Shown here in pieces: positions 39,020 to 49,660 of a DNA stretch of 64,000 bases; the first letter of the stretch is position 1, and each line of letters opens with the position of its first letter. This stretch comes from Gracilinanus agilis (Eukaryota). Below the pieces are notes generated by a model, which was given only the letters and a program-made list of their open reading frames with translations, did no database searches and had not been told where the DNA came from. Location: the NCBI RefSeq assembly GCF_016433145.1, contig NC_058131.1:238483007-238547006 (forward strand), written 5' to 3'. The position numbers were made by a program, and so were the translations under genes.

Positions 39020-39700
39020 CATTCATTCATTAGCAAATATTTACTAAATATCATAGGTGCTATGAGTGATCCAGAGAGAAGTAAGACTGAATCTCTGCCC
39101 TGAAGAAGCCAACAGTCTACTTGGGGAGCTAGAGAAGATCACATCCAAATAACTGTAATACTAAAAACATGTTAAATGGAGAAGGGAGATACAAAGAAGG
39201 GGCTGTGGGAATTCAGAGGAAGGAAAGCTACTTTCAGCCTGGAAGGATTGGAAAAAAGCATTGGAACCAGGCCTTGATAGTGTGGTGGGTAAGTTTTTAG
39301 CAGCTAGAGATGGCAATGGGGGGGAAAGAGGGACATTCCAGACATAGGGGGCATCCAGAGCAAAGGCCTAGTAGGAAAGACTAGGTGGAATTTGGGAATA
39401 GGGAGTAGTCAGAGATTAAGTTGGACAGGCAGGCATAAACCATGTTGTTGAGGACCTTGATGACCAAGCTAAGAAGTCCTGGCTTGGCTTGGTATGTGAT
39501 GGGAAGCCATTTGAGGGATCTGATCAGGGCATTCATAGGATAAATACTGGACAGGAGAAAGAACTTCCTGCAAGCGGGCTCAAGGATTGGTTGGAGTGAA
39601 AAAAATCCTTGGTTGGAGCCAAGAAAATCGATTAGGAGGGTATTGAAATTAGTGCCAGAGATAACAAGGGCCTGGATCTGGGTGGTGGCCCTGAGATTGG
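39020..39700 (-). mobile_element. L2-like LINE 3' fragment (similar pieces near 18000-18300, 41200-41340, 53140-53500 and 54410-54600)
   Basis: CATTCATTCATTAGCAAATATTTACT...CTCTGCCCTGAAGAAGC-type L2 3' terminus followed by purine-rich decayed sequence. Confidence 0.55.
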
Positions 39701-39849
39701 GGATGGACTATCAGGATATTTGAAGTATCCTGAAAATCAAGTGAAGCTAGAATCCCAGGTTTGCCTTGTAGGGCATTCTGCCAAACACTGAACCTTCTGC
39801 CTCACTTGATTCTAGAGCATCATGTATTCTTTAAAATTTTATTTTTATT

Positions 39850-40040
39850 TAAAACCCTGACATTCTGCCTTAGAATCAATTCTGTATAATGGTTCCAAGA
39901 TAGAAGAGAGGGAAGGGCTAGGCAGTAGGGGTCAAATGACTTGCCCAAGGTCACATAGCTAGGAAGTATTTGAGGCCTGATTCAAACCCAGGACCTCTCT
40001 CATCTCCATGTCTGGCTCTCTATTCACTGAGCCACTCAGC
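39850..40040 (-). mobile_element. SINE1_Mdo-like SINE
   Basis: Reverse-complement family match. Confidence 0.85.
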
Positions 40041-40734
40041 ACCCCCCCCCCATCATGTATTCTTCATGTGCACCTGTTACATTCTAATTTTCCTTGTTTG
40101 TGTACTTGACTCATTTCCTTTCCTTATGTTCCTTCAATTCTTTCAGGACAGGGACTTTTTCTTAAGGGCTGTATGGACAAAAAGAATCACAGAAATTGAG
40201 TATTGGAAGGGAGCTCAGAGTCTAACTAGGCCAGTTCATAAAGAGAAGCTCCACTGTAACATGCCTGATAAGGGGGTGGTGGTGGAAAGAGTCATGGGTT
40301 TGGGTTCAAAGGACCTCGGTTTGCCTCTAGGTTCAGCTGCTTCCTACCTGTGTTAAGGACTCTGGACAAGCCATAGTTTTGTGATTTCTTCCAGTTCAAC
40401 TCCATAGCATGTGAACAGACTTAACAGAGGGAAAAGGTAGAACTAATCCAGAGCTGGGATTTAGGAAGGGCTTTGATGATTTCTTGGTAGAGGGAATGGA
40501 ATACATAGTAAGGATGAGGAATAGGGTAAGATAAGGCATAGAGAAAGATGGAATGATAAAAATTATGATCAGATAAAGGAATTTTGGAATTAATGAATAT
40601 AGAACACTTGTAGGTGTTAATAAGATCAGGTTTATGACCATCTCTGTAGGTAGCTGAGATAGAGTGACAATAAGTAGACTGAGTAAATGGAAGTAGATTA
40701 AATAGATGGAGTAAATGGAAAGTTGGGGTGTTTG

Positions 40735-40995
40735 TTGTTGTTTAGTTGTTTCAGTCATGTTCGACTTCTTATGACTTTGCTTCCTTTGGCACCCTTTCTT
40801 TAGGAGTTTTCTTGGCAAAGATATTGGACTGGTTTTCTTTCTCCTTCAGCTCATTTTACAGATGAGGAAACTGAGGCAAACAGGGTGTTGTGACTTGCCC
40901 AGGGTCATCTAACTAGAAGGTTTCTGAGGCTGGATTTGAACTCAGTTTTTCCTGACTCCAGGCCTGGTGCTCTATCCATTGTGCCACCTAGCTGT
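40735..40995 (-). mobile_element. MAR1-like CORE-SINE
   Basis: Reverse complement of the same family. Confidence 0.85.
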
Positions 40996-41616
40996 CTGGG
41001 GGGAGCATCAATAGGTATGTTGAAATCTTATGATATGAAGGCAAGTATTGGGTGCAGAGAAAGACTATGAACCAGGCACTGAAGAAGGAAGGAGAATGTC
41101 CTGCAAGTTTGTAGAAAACGGCCAGTAGGATCTGGATTGTGGGTAATAAATCTAGACATTGTGAACCTCAAAAGAAGAGAGATTTCTTTGTGATGGTGGA
41201 GTAAATCAGTCAACAAGCATTTGTTAAACACGTATGTGCTAGGCACTGTACTGCTAAGTCCTGGGAATAAAAAATACAAATAAGAAAGATAGTCTGCACT
41301 CGAGGGGTTTACATTCTAATAATGAAGACAATACATTAAAAAGAAGCTGAAAGTGGTGGTGTGGGGACAAAGGCATCCATCAAAGAGGCATGGTAGAGGA
41401 ACTCAGCATTACAGTTTAGAGAGGAATGAAAGAAAAAGTCTGGAAGTGACCATGGAGAACAAAGAGTATTCCAATTTCTCCACTATGACCAATGAGTTGG
41501 GGGTATGAGTGAAAGTGTAACTAGAAAAAGAAAGGGTGACAAAGGAAGTAATCAGGAGGGAGCCACTTTTCAGTGAGTACTAAAGAATGGAAGAGAATTA
41601 AGGTGAAAGGAAGTCA

Positions 41617-41861
41617 GGGTAGCTAGGTGGTACAGTGGATGGAGTCAGGCCTGGAGTCAGGGAGACATCTTCTTGAGTTCAAATCTAACCTTAGCTACTT
41701 TCTAGTTATGTGACCCTAGGCAATTTACTTAACCCTATTAGCCTCACTTTCCTCATCTGTAGAATGAGCTGGAGAAGAAAATGGCAAACCACTCCAGTAT
41801 CTTTGCCAAGAAAACCCAAATAAGGCCACAAAGGGTCAGATGTGATTAAAATAACTGAACA
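41617..41861 (+). mobile_element. MAR1-like CORE-SINE
   Basis: Family match including GAGAAGAAAATGGCAAACCACTCCAGTATCTTTGCCAAGAAAACCC. Confidence 0.85.
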
Positions 41862-42659
41862 ATTGCAGAGAGCACTATGGAAGGAGCAAGATCTTTGGTG
41901 GAACATTGGGTTGAGGTAGATAGGAGTAAGGGAGTGGGCTGGTGGTGCTAAGGAAAACCTAAGTTTCCACATCAATAGCCAGGGGTTCAGAATGATTGGG
42001 ATGAGAAGTACATAAGGGGGTGGGTATAGGGGGAGTACACTAACCACTGAGAAATATGACTAGGTATATCCATGGTTGGAGAGAGGTCTATTGAGGGAAG
42101 GACAGGCAAAGACTATTCAAGGTCCTTCATCCAAATCCAATTTCATGGCAGGTGATGATAAAAGTCTTCTGTGAAGGTGCAGGAGGTGCTTCTGACAGAC
42201 AAGAAGTGGAGGAGGTATAGATGCCCAGTTTTGCCTACATTGGGAGAAATATTCCGGGGAGGTGGAAGGTGAGGTGGAAGGGATTTTGTCCTGAGGCAGG
42301 TCCTGGAAATGAGGAGATAGAGGAGCTCAGTCTGGGCAGGATCAACGATTGGAAGCTGGGAGGTAAGGCCTTATTCTGAAGCCCTGACTAGGTCAGCACT
42401 TGAAGAATAATAAATGCCAGATGAGTACCCAGGTTTTGACTCTGTTGTTTTCTGTCATTTCATCTGTGAGGAGGTCCTGTTTTCTGAGAGCAGGGCAGTC
42501 CAGAGGCCCTTCTGAGGAATAACCCTGAATAGGGGGCAGGGGTTTAGATTCAGGAAGAGATTAGTAGTGCCAGATGAAACTAGGCTATGTAGGTCATAAG
42601 ATCCTAGATTTAGGGCTGGGAGGTCCTTTAGAGATCTTCTATCCTAAACTATCTTATTT

Positions 42660-42827
42660 NNNNNNNNNNNNNNNNNNNNNNNNNNNNNNNNNNNNNNNNN
42701 NNNNNNNNNNNNNNNNNNNNNNNNNNNNNNNNNNNNNNNNNNNNNNNNNNNNNNNNNNNNNNNNNNNNNNNNNNNNNNNNNNNNNNNNNNNNNNNNNNNN
42801 NNNNNNNNNNNNNNNNNNNNNNNNNNN
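42660..42827. other. Assembly gap
   Basis: N run. Confidence 1.
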
Positions 42828-44304
42828 TACTGAGTATCCATTTCAAAGCAATGGGGGTTATGTGATTTGCTCAGAGAGTCACACAGCTAGGAAGTATCTA
42901 AGGTCAGATTTAAACCCTGCATCCTCCCATCTCCAGGCCTGGCACTCTACCCACCCTGCTACTTAGCTGCCCCTGAAGTGAAGGCTTTTTCAAGTTTGCA
43001 AAAGTATTAAATAATAGAAACATAATTCAAACTCAGGTCCGGTGACTCCAAAGCCAGCATTCCTTATGCTGCACTGAGGTGAGCTTCAGTAATCCATTCT
43101 TTCTTTTGACTCCTTCAATAGTGAGAGTTCAGAAACCTTCCCCTCATAGCCTAATATTCAGACTCTAACCCTGAGCCACCACCTTTCTATAAACTCTCCT
43201 AATTAAAATGAAGGTGCTGAAGACACCAGGGGAGTAAGCATTGGTCATGCCATCAGAGCATCTAAATTCAAATTTTTCCCTTGGCATTACCACTGTAACC
43301 TTAAGTGCACACTTGACCTCTGTGGGCCTCAGTTTCTTTATCTGTAAAATGAGAGGATTGGTTCTGGGAACCCTTCTGGCTCTACATCTTTGATACTATG
43401 CTCCTGTGAATTGACAGTATGATCCATTCTGGTAGGTACAGCCAGACACTCTTCCTTGCTTATAATTTCTAGATATGAAGCTTGGGGAATCGGGGATCCA
43501 GCACCTGACCCTGAAGTAATGGTTTCTTGTTTGTGAAACCGGGTCAGTGTTTCTTCCATTCCCTCCCTCCCCCTCCTCAGGATCTTTATCTCCTCCTTCC
43601 TGTTGCTGCCCATAGCAACAGCTCTGGCACCTTGCAGTGAGGGACTGATGCCTGCAATCTGGGTCCAGGGCCTCCCTCCCAGTTGGGGAGATAAATCCTC
43701 TTCTAGGCATTGAAGAGTAGGCAGGTGGGTGGACAAAGGGGTGGAAGGCTAGGGAATGTTTCTACTCTAGGGCAAGGAAGATCTTAAGCTTAGAGCCAAC
43801 CAGTGGTGCCTGATGGTGGCTGAAAAGGAGGAAGAGGCTGTCTGTCTTTTACTGGCTTAACCTCCTGCCCCCCCCCCCCCCCCGGGCTTTTTCTGGTCTC
43901 GGAACTGCGTTTGCTCAAAACTACCATTTGTAGGGGGTGAGTGAAGGTGGATAGGTGGATAGGAGCGGTTGGGATTAAGAGGGTGGCTAAAATCAAGAGC
44001 TATGGTCCCAGGGATCCAGTTGGTGGAAGGAATCTACCTCCTCCCTAGGGGTTCATGTTTGCCTGAGGGGATGAGTTAATTTGGGGGGGGTGGTGGGACA
44101 GTTTCCCTATCTCCTTACCACCCTGCTGCTGTCCCTCTCCAGGGGCTCTGTAGGGTCTCCACTCTATACCTATAGTCTATATATTCCAAACCAAATCTGC
44201 TTCAGCCTTAGAGGAAGGGTTCTTAGGTGTGCCAGGTATCGAGGAGTTGGAGGGTCACCTACCCTGTATGCAGGCGTGGGTGTCCTGAAGGAAGAAGGGG
44301 TCGG

Positions 44305-44326
44305 ATTGGTTAACTTGGCGTCCAAT
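44305..44326. promoter_or_regulatory. Inverted pair of CCAAT boxes (NF-Y-like)
   Basis: ATTGG at 44305-44309 (reverse complement context AACCAATCCG) and CCAAT at 44322-44326, at the upstream edge of the CpG island. Motif match only. Confidence 0.4.
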
Positions 44327-44846
44327 TTGCCGGTGTGAGTGTGAAGGGTATTGTGCAGTGCGGGGAAGTGGTGGGGGTGGAGGGGCCACCCACGAGTGTG
44401 CAGTGGAGCTGGCGATCCACGGGGGTGCTGGCCTCCTCGAGGGTGACTGTGGGTGGGGGGGAGGGACCTGCCGGCAGGCAGAAGGAGGGGTGGGTCCACG
44501 CTGGGTGCACTTGCCCGCGTGTGTGTTCCGCAGGGAGGAGGAGCGGGGTGGGTCCACGCTGTGCTGTGTGCGGGTCCCCGCGTGCGTGGTGTCTGTGTGT
44601 GTGGGGGGGTGCCGCGCAGGGGAGAGGGAGGGGCCGGTCCACGGCGTGTGCGGCAGAGCCCCGCGCCTCCTCCCGCGTGTAGGTGTGTGGCACACACGCA
44701 GCGAGCAGATCTCGCGTTGCGCTGCCCAGAGCCAGCCCCCCAGCCTCCGGCCCCCCGCCTGGAGCGGAGGTGTCACTCTCTGCCCGCGTTGCTGCTGTTG
44801 CTGCTTCTGCCACCGCCGCCGCCGCTGCCGCCGCTGCGGGGCTAAG

Positions 44847-44894
44847 CCGGAGCCAGAGACAGAGCCTGAGTCCGAGTCCGATCCTGAGCCTGAA
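44847..44894 (+). repeat. Degenerate hexamer repeat (CCNGAG-like, 8 units) upstream of the CAMK2B ATG
   Basis: CCGGAG CCAGAG ACAGAG CCTGAG TCCGAG TCCGAT CCTGAG CCTGAA. Confidence 0.9.
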
Positions 44895-45035
44895 CAGCTT
44901 GACGGCTACACCGCGCCGCCCCCAGAGCCTAGCGCCGCCACCGTCGCCTCCGCCTCCGCCGCCGCCGAGAGCCCGAGCCCAGAGCGCGCAGCAGGGGAAG
45001 CGGCAGCCCTCCGAGCCCTCTCCGCGGCCGCAGCG

Positions 45036-45100
45036 ATGGCCACTACCGTGACCTGCACTCGCTTTACTGACGAGTACCAGCTCTATGAAGACATTGGCAA
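45036..45100 (+). CDS. CAMK2B: First coding exon of calcium/calmodulin-dependent protein kinase II beta
   Basis: ATG at 45036 translates to MATTVTCTRFTDEYQLYEDIG(K), the CaMKII-beta N-terminus as I recall it (alpha, gamma and delta read FEELGK at this position). The 65 coding nt end at the donor AA|GTAAGA (GT at 45101), phase 2. The exon lies in a CpG island. Confidence 0.97.
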
Positions 45101-47711
45101 GTAAGAATCCCGGCGACGCCGCGCTGGGGGAGGGCTGCAGGGGAAGTCCAGGGGAGGAAAAAGCAGGGCTGGGGCCGTGTCCCTGAGCCAGCGCTGCGGG
45201 AGGATGAAGCCTGTGCCTTCAGTGTCCCCCTCCCCTCCCCGCAAGGAAGCGCCCAGTGTCTGTAGTTGGCTTCTGTGCGTTCCTGAATGTGTGTGTGTGT
45301 GCGTGTGTGCGTGTCCGTTCATGTGCAGAGGCTTGGGGCCAGGGGCGGGGGGCGCATTGCGGGCCCCATGCACCTCCCAGTTCTTTGCGCGCTCCCTGGA
45401 GCCGGGGCGTCCCAGGGCCAGCCTGACAGCGTGGCTCCTTGGACCCGGCTGCTGCCGTGCTAGTGGTGGTAGCCTGGCCACAATCCTCTAAGTCCCCCTT
45501 TTTCCTTCATTGCCCCTCCCCCTCTATCTCTCGCTTCTCCCACTTCAGCCAAGGCAGCTCCGCTCCGGGCGCCCGGGGCTTATTAAGGGCGTGGGGGTGG
45601 CGGGGGCGGGTGCAGGTGCCTCCCGAGCGGCATGCAGACGTGACGCATTTCTCAAAGGGGAGGATCGAGGGCTGAAACTGGCCAGGGGGCTAGAGGGAGG
45701 GGGTCGCTCGGTGGCGAGTGGCCGCCACCCCCCCCCCCCCCCCGGCCCCGGCCTGCTCTGCTCCCCTGCCCATAGCAGCTGCGGACGTGCAGTCCGGCGG
45801 CTCTCGGGCGAGGACTGCCGCTGGATTTCAGCTCTCGGCCCCTTTGGGGAGAAGGGGGCTGCCCTTGTCGAGACGGGGTGGAGCTGGGGGGCTGGGGTTT
45901 AAGGGAGGCACTCCGCCCGCCAGGCCGTCCCGGCCATGTGCTGGCACACGGCTTTGCTGCCTTCTGCATCTCCAGAAGCCGGCAGGGGTTTGGGTGGAGA
46001 TGCCCAAAGAGGGCCCGCCCATTCTCCTGGGGGGGGGGGCGTTGGGGGAGAAAGCGGCCGCAGGCGGTTCAAACCAACTGGGTGCGAGTGGTGCCCTGGA
46101 GGAGGACCTGCTGGGTTTCCGAGGCCCTTCCAGATGCCCTGAGGTTTTGAATCATTAAACCTGCACTCCTTAGCCCCTACCCCTCATTGAGACCGGCTGG
46201 GAGGGATGTGATATTGTGTGTGTGTATGTATGTATGTATGAGAGAAAGGCCCTTCCTTGAGGTTCCGTCTTTGCTCAATTTACTCACTAAAAGGCCCTGA
46301 TTCTCTAGGCTTCCCCTCCTCTGAGAAGTCTTGGAGATCAGGGAGGGAGAAAGATTTTGGACTGATTTTGCTGCCTGTGGCCTTTAGGGGATCTGTCCAT
46401 GAGGCGGGCTTTAAGGAGAGAGCACTGAAGTTTCCCTGCAGAAGCACCTGCTAGGAAGAGCAGACAGAAGCCATAGGAGGGCATGAAGGCCTTAGAGTGA
46501 GTGCTGGGGGATGGTTCCTGTCAAGCAACTGTTTTCAGGGCCTACAGGTTGAAACCAGCAGAGAACCTGGTTTCTGCAATTTCCTTTGTGGGAAGGTGTG
46601 CAGTCTCATCTGCCAGTGTTTACAGAATGGTTAATAGGGGCAGAGTTAACCCAGGAATAAGGCATAACTTTCCTTCCTTTCTTTCCCATACCTTTAGGCT
46701 TCCAGGCTGGGCTTCCCAGGGGTCTGGCATCTCCATAACATATTGCTCTAGTGAGGTAGGATTCCAAGACAAGTGGAAGTACTAAATACCTTCTTTGGGC
46801 AGGGAACCCTTGGTGGCACTGTGGTACCAAGCTGAGGAAGTAGCTGTGAAATCAAGGGGGTAGGGAGTAAGAGGTCAGAAGATCAAGGTTCTAATCTAGG
46901 TTTTGCCATAAGCTAGTTGTGTGTCTTTGGGGAAATCCTTCCTCTTTTCTGAGCCTCACTTTTCCTCATCTGTAAAACTGTAAAACAGACAAGGTAATTT
47001 TCAAGGGCCTGCCCTTTCTCCAGTTATCCTGGCTTTGGACTTAGGTGGAGGTGGGTTGGGAAAGGCAGCCAATTTCCCTTTGTCCTGTGGCAATTGGAGC
47101 TCTGGGAAATGTTTTATCACCTTTCCTGACTACATTTTCATCCCTCCATGAAAACCTATGTGGTGATACCTTGAGGGGAGGGATCCTGCTCACTGTTAAC
47201 TGAAAATCTCTTGCCCTGCTCTTTCTGTAGGGGAGTGAGGGGATTTCCCAATCATCTTCACTTATATTTGAGTCCCCCCCCCCCAGAACCCCTGTAGCTT
47301 ACCTCCTTTATGATTCTCCCTCCTTGATTCCTCTTGTTGGAAATGACCTCACTTTTCCACCACCCCTACCTTATGTACAACTTTGCTTCCATTGCCCAGA
47401 TATACTTAGTCGTGTGTAATTTTGTTATATAAATACCTTTATCTGTGTCATAACCCTCTGCTAGACTGTGAGCTCCATGAAGGTAGGGCCTCTCTTTCAA
47501 ACTTTGAATCTCCCCCAGTGTATCTAGCTGGTTGCTCAGTGTTTAGTGGGTGCTTGATAAATGTTTATTTAATCAAAGGAAAGGTAGTGTGGTATAGTTT
47601 AGGGTGAGGAAGGCTTGGGTTCAGGTCTGGGTCTGTTGAATGCCATTTTTATGACCAATGGCAGGTAGGTCACTGGACTTTTCAGCTCCATCAGCACTTC
47701 TCTAAGACTAA

Positions 47712-47900
47712 AGTGGCAGCATAGTGGATAGGACATCAGACTTGGAATCAGAGGGACCCGGGTTCAAATCTGACCTCAGACACTTCCAAGCTCTGTGGCC
47801 CTGGACAAATCAGTTAACTCTTACTATCTAGCCCTTGCCACTTTTCTATCTTAGAACTTATACTAAAACAGAAGATAAGAGTTTTAGGGGAAAAAAAGAC
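47712..47900 (+). mobile_element. SINE1_Mdo-like SINE
   Basis: Family match. Confidence 0.8.
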
Positions 47901-48376
47901 CACTTTGCAGCATTGGTGCCAATCTGAATTAGTAAAGAGTGTTTCCTCCCTAGGATTTCCCCATGCTAGTGAAATCACAGGTCTGGATCAAAAAACCAAA
48001 AGGTCATTCATTGATCAGGGGCTGTAGGCAACCTATGTGTGAAGGGTGTAGGAACTTTGGTCAGCAGACCAAGGCTTATTTGCAACAAATTTTGCTCACA
48101 AGTGGATGGGGGAAGAGGAGAAGAGATGATGAGATGGTTGGGTTATCTGAATCTTGAGGGGCATGGTGGGGGCAACTTGTAACTTCTGAATAGACCATAA
48201 GTTCCTCTGAGAGCAGGGACCTTGCATCATCTAAGCCTTATCTTTCATTCAATTGATAAATGTTGAGTTAAATTGGATGGCCAAGTAGGTGGACCATCCT
48301 CCCCCACACACACACACAGTCTCCCTGACATTGCTGGTTTGAGACCAAACTGGAGCACTTCTCTTGAAAATACTTT

Positions 48377-48622
48377 GGGGGGCCAACTGGGTGGTACAGT
48401 GGCTAGAACATTAGACCTGGAATCAGGAAGAGCTGAGTTCAAAACAGATCTCAGACATTTATTAGCTTTGAGATGCTGGACAGATCACTTTGCCTGGTTT
48501 GCCTCTGTTTCCCTAGCTGTAAAATGAGCTGGAGAACAAAAGGGCCAACCACTCCAGAATCTCTGCCAAGAAAACCCCAAATGATGTCATGAAGAGTTGG
48601 ACATGACTGAACAACAACAAAA
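48377..48622 (+). mobile_element. MAR1-like CORE-SINE
   Basis: Family match ending ACTGAACAACAACAA. Confidence 0.85.
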
Positions 48623-48650
48623 TTCTTTCCTCCAACTCTTCCTTTCCTCC

Positions 48651-48652
<2 letters not shown>

Positions 48653-48706
<54 letters not shown>
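48653..48706. repeat. (AC)n microsatellite
   Basis: Directly visible. Confidence 0.98.
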
Positions 48707-48712
<6 letters not shown>

Positions 48713-49507
48713 GCATGTGCAAATGCAAACACCAAAAAAATGAAAGTGCTTTGGGGTCAGTTTTTAGTTGGAGGTGTGTATAGTTCAGCTCTCAGGTTGT
48801 CGGGCTCTTCTGGGATTCCCTTAATGCTAGCTGACTTCTTTAGTCAGGCTTCTGACTTCTGATTGATGAGGAAACAGTCCCAGAGGAATGGAAGTGACTT
48901 ACCCAAGTTCATACAGATTGTACGCAGCATGCCATTTTCTCTTTTTGTTCAGTTATTTTCAGTTGTGTCTATTTTAACAAAGATGCCAGAGTGGTTTGCC
49001 ATTTCCTTCTCCAGTTCATTTTGCAAATGAGGAAATGGAGGCAAACAGGGTTAAGTGACTTGTCCAGGGTCTCACAGCTAGTAAACATCTGAGGCCAGAT
49101 TTGAATTCAGGTCTTGATTGAAGTTCCAGCATTCTATCTACTTTGCCACCTATCAGCCCCCATTTTTCTTTTAGGATTCCCATATATTGTATTCTGAGTC
49201 ATGACCTTGGAAGTTCAGTCTTTCTTTCTTGGAATAATATATCAAAAGATGTTAAAGGAAGAAAATTGGTAGGATATTGGACAGCATGTTTTAATTTTGT
49301 TTTTTTTTTTTTGCATGACCTTGGGCTATGACCCTGTAGACCCCATTAGTTTCCCAAGTGGTAAAATGTATAGGGAGGACACAGAGAGGGTGAGGATTCA
49401 AAGCTATAGAGAAAGTCTTTGAGGACCATTGAGTCTGAAGTTTTTGAGATCAGAGACTGTGATTGGCTACTCCTGGAATGACGCTGGGCTCCTGAGGCCA
49501 GATACAT

Positions 49508-49660
49508 NNNNNNNNNNNNNNNNNNNNNNNNNNNNNNNNNNNNNNNNNNNNNNNNNNNNNNNNNNNNNNNNNNNNNNNNNNNNNNNNNNNNNNNNNNNNN
49601 NNNNNNNNNNNNNNNNNNNNNNNNNNNNNNNNNNNNNNNNNNNNNNNNNNNNNNNNNNNN
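49508..49660. other. Assembly gap
   Basis: N run. Confidence 1.

Larger units (their letters stand above)
44330..46130. promoter_or_regulatory. CAMK2B: CpG island covering the CAMK2B promoter, 5' UTR and start of intron 1
   Basis: Sharp rise in GC and CpG content in an otherwise CpG-depleted window. It spans the start codon and contains GC boxes and G-rich tracts. The TSS cannot be fixed from sequence alone. Confidence 0.9.

Noticed and set aside
1-44300. Exons of a neighbouring gene (NUDCD3 lies upstream of CAMK2B in human)
   Set aside because: I found no recognisable coding exon, for example none encoding WDAEGSPF.
44710-44716. TCTCGCG resembling the BANP/Kaiso palindrome TCTCGCGAGA
   Set aside because: The last three bases do not match (TTG instead of AGA).
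44934-44945. Perfect Kozak GCCGCCACC followed by an in-frame GTC
   Set aside because: GTC differs from ATG at two positions and is not a usable near-cognate start. It is probably a by-product of the GCC repeats.
45036-45100. Assignment to CAMK2A, CAMK2G or CAMK2D
   Set aside because: TTVTC and YQLYEDIGK match beta. The other paralogues have FEELGK.
44170-46160. Many overlapping 100-175 aa ORFs on both strands around the promoter
   Set aside because: Expected from the scarcity of stop codons in a CpG island. They have low-complexity translations and no recognisable domains.
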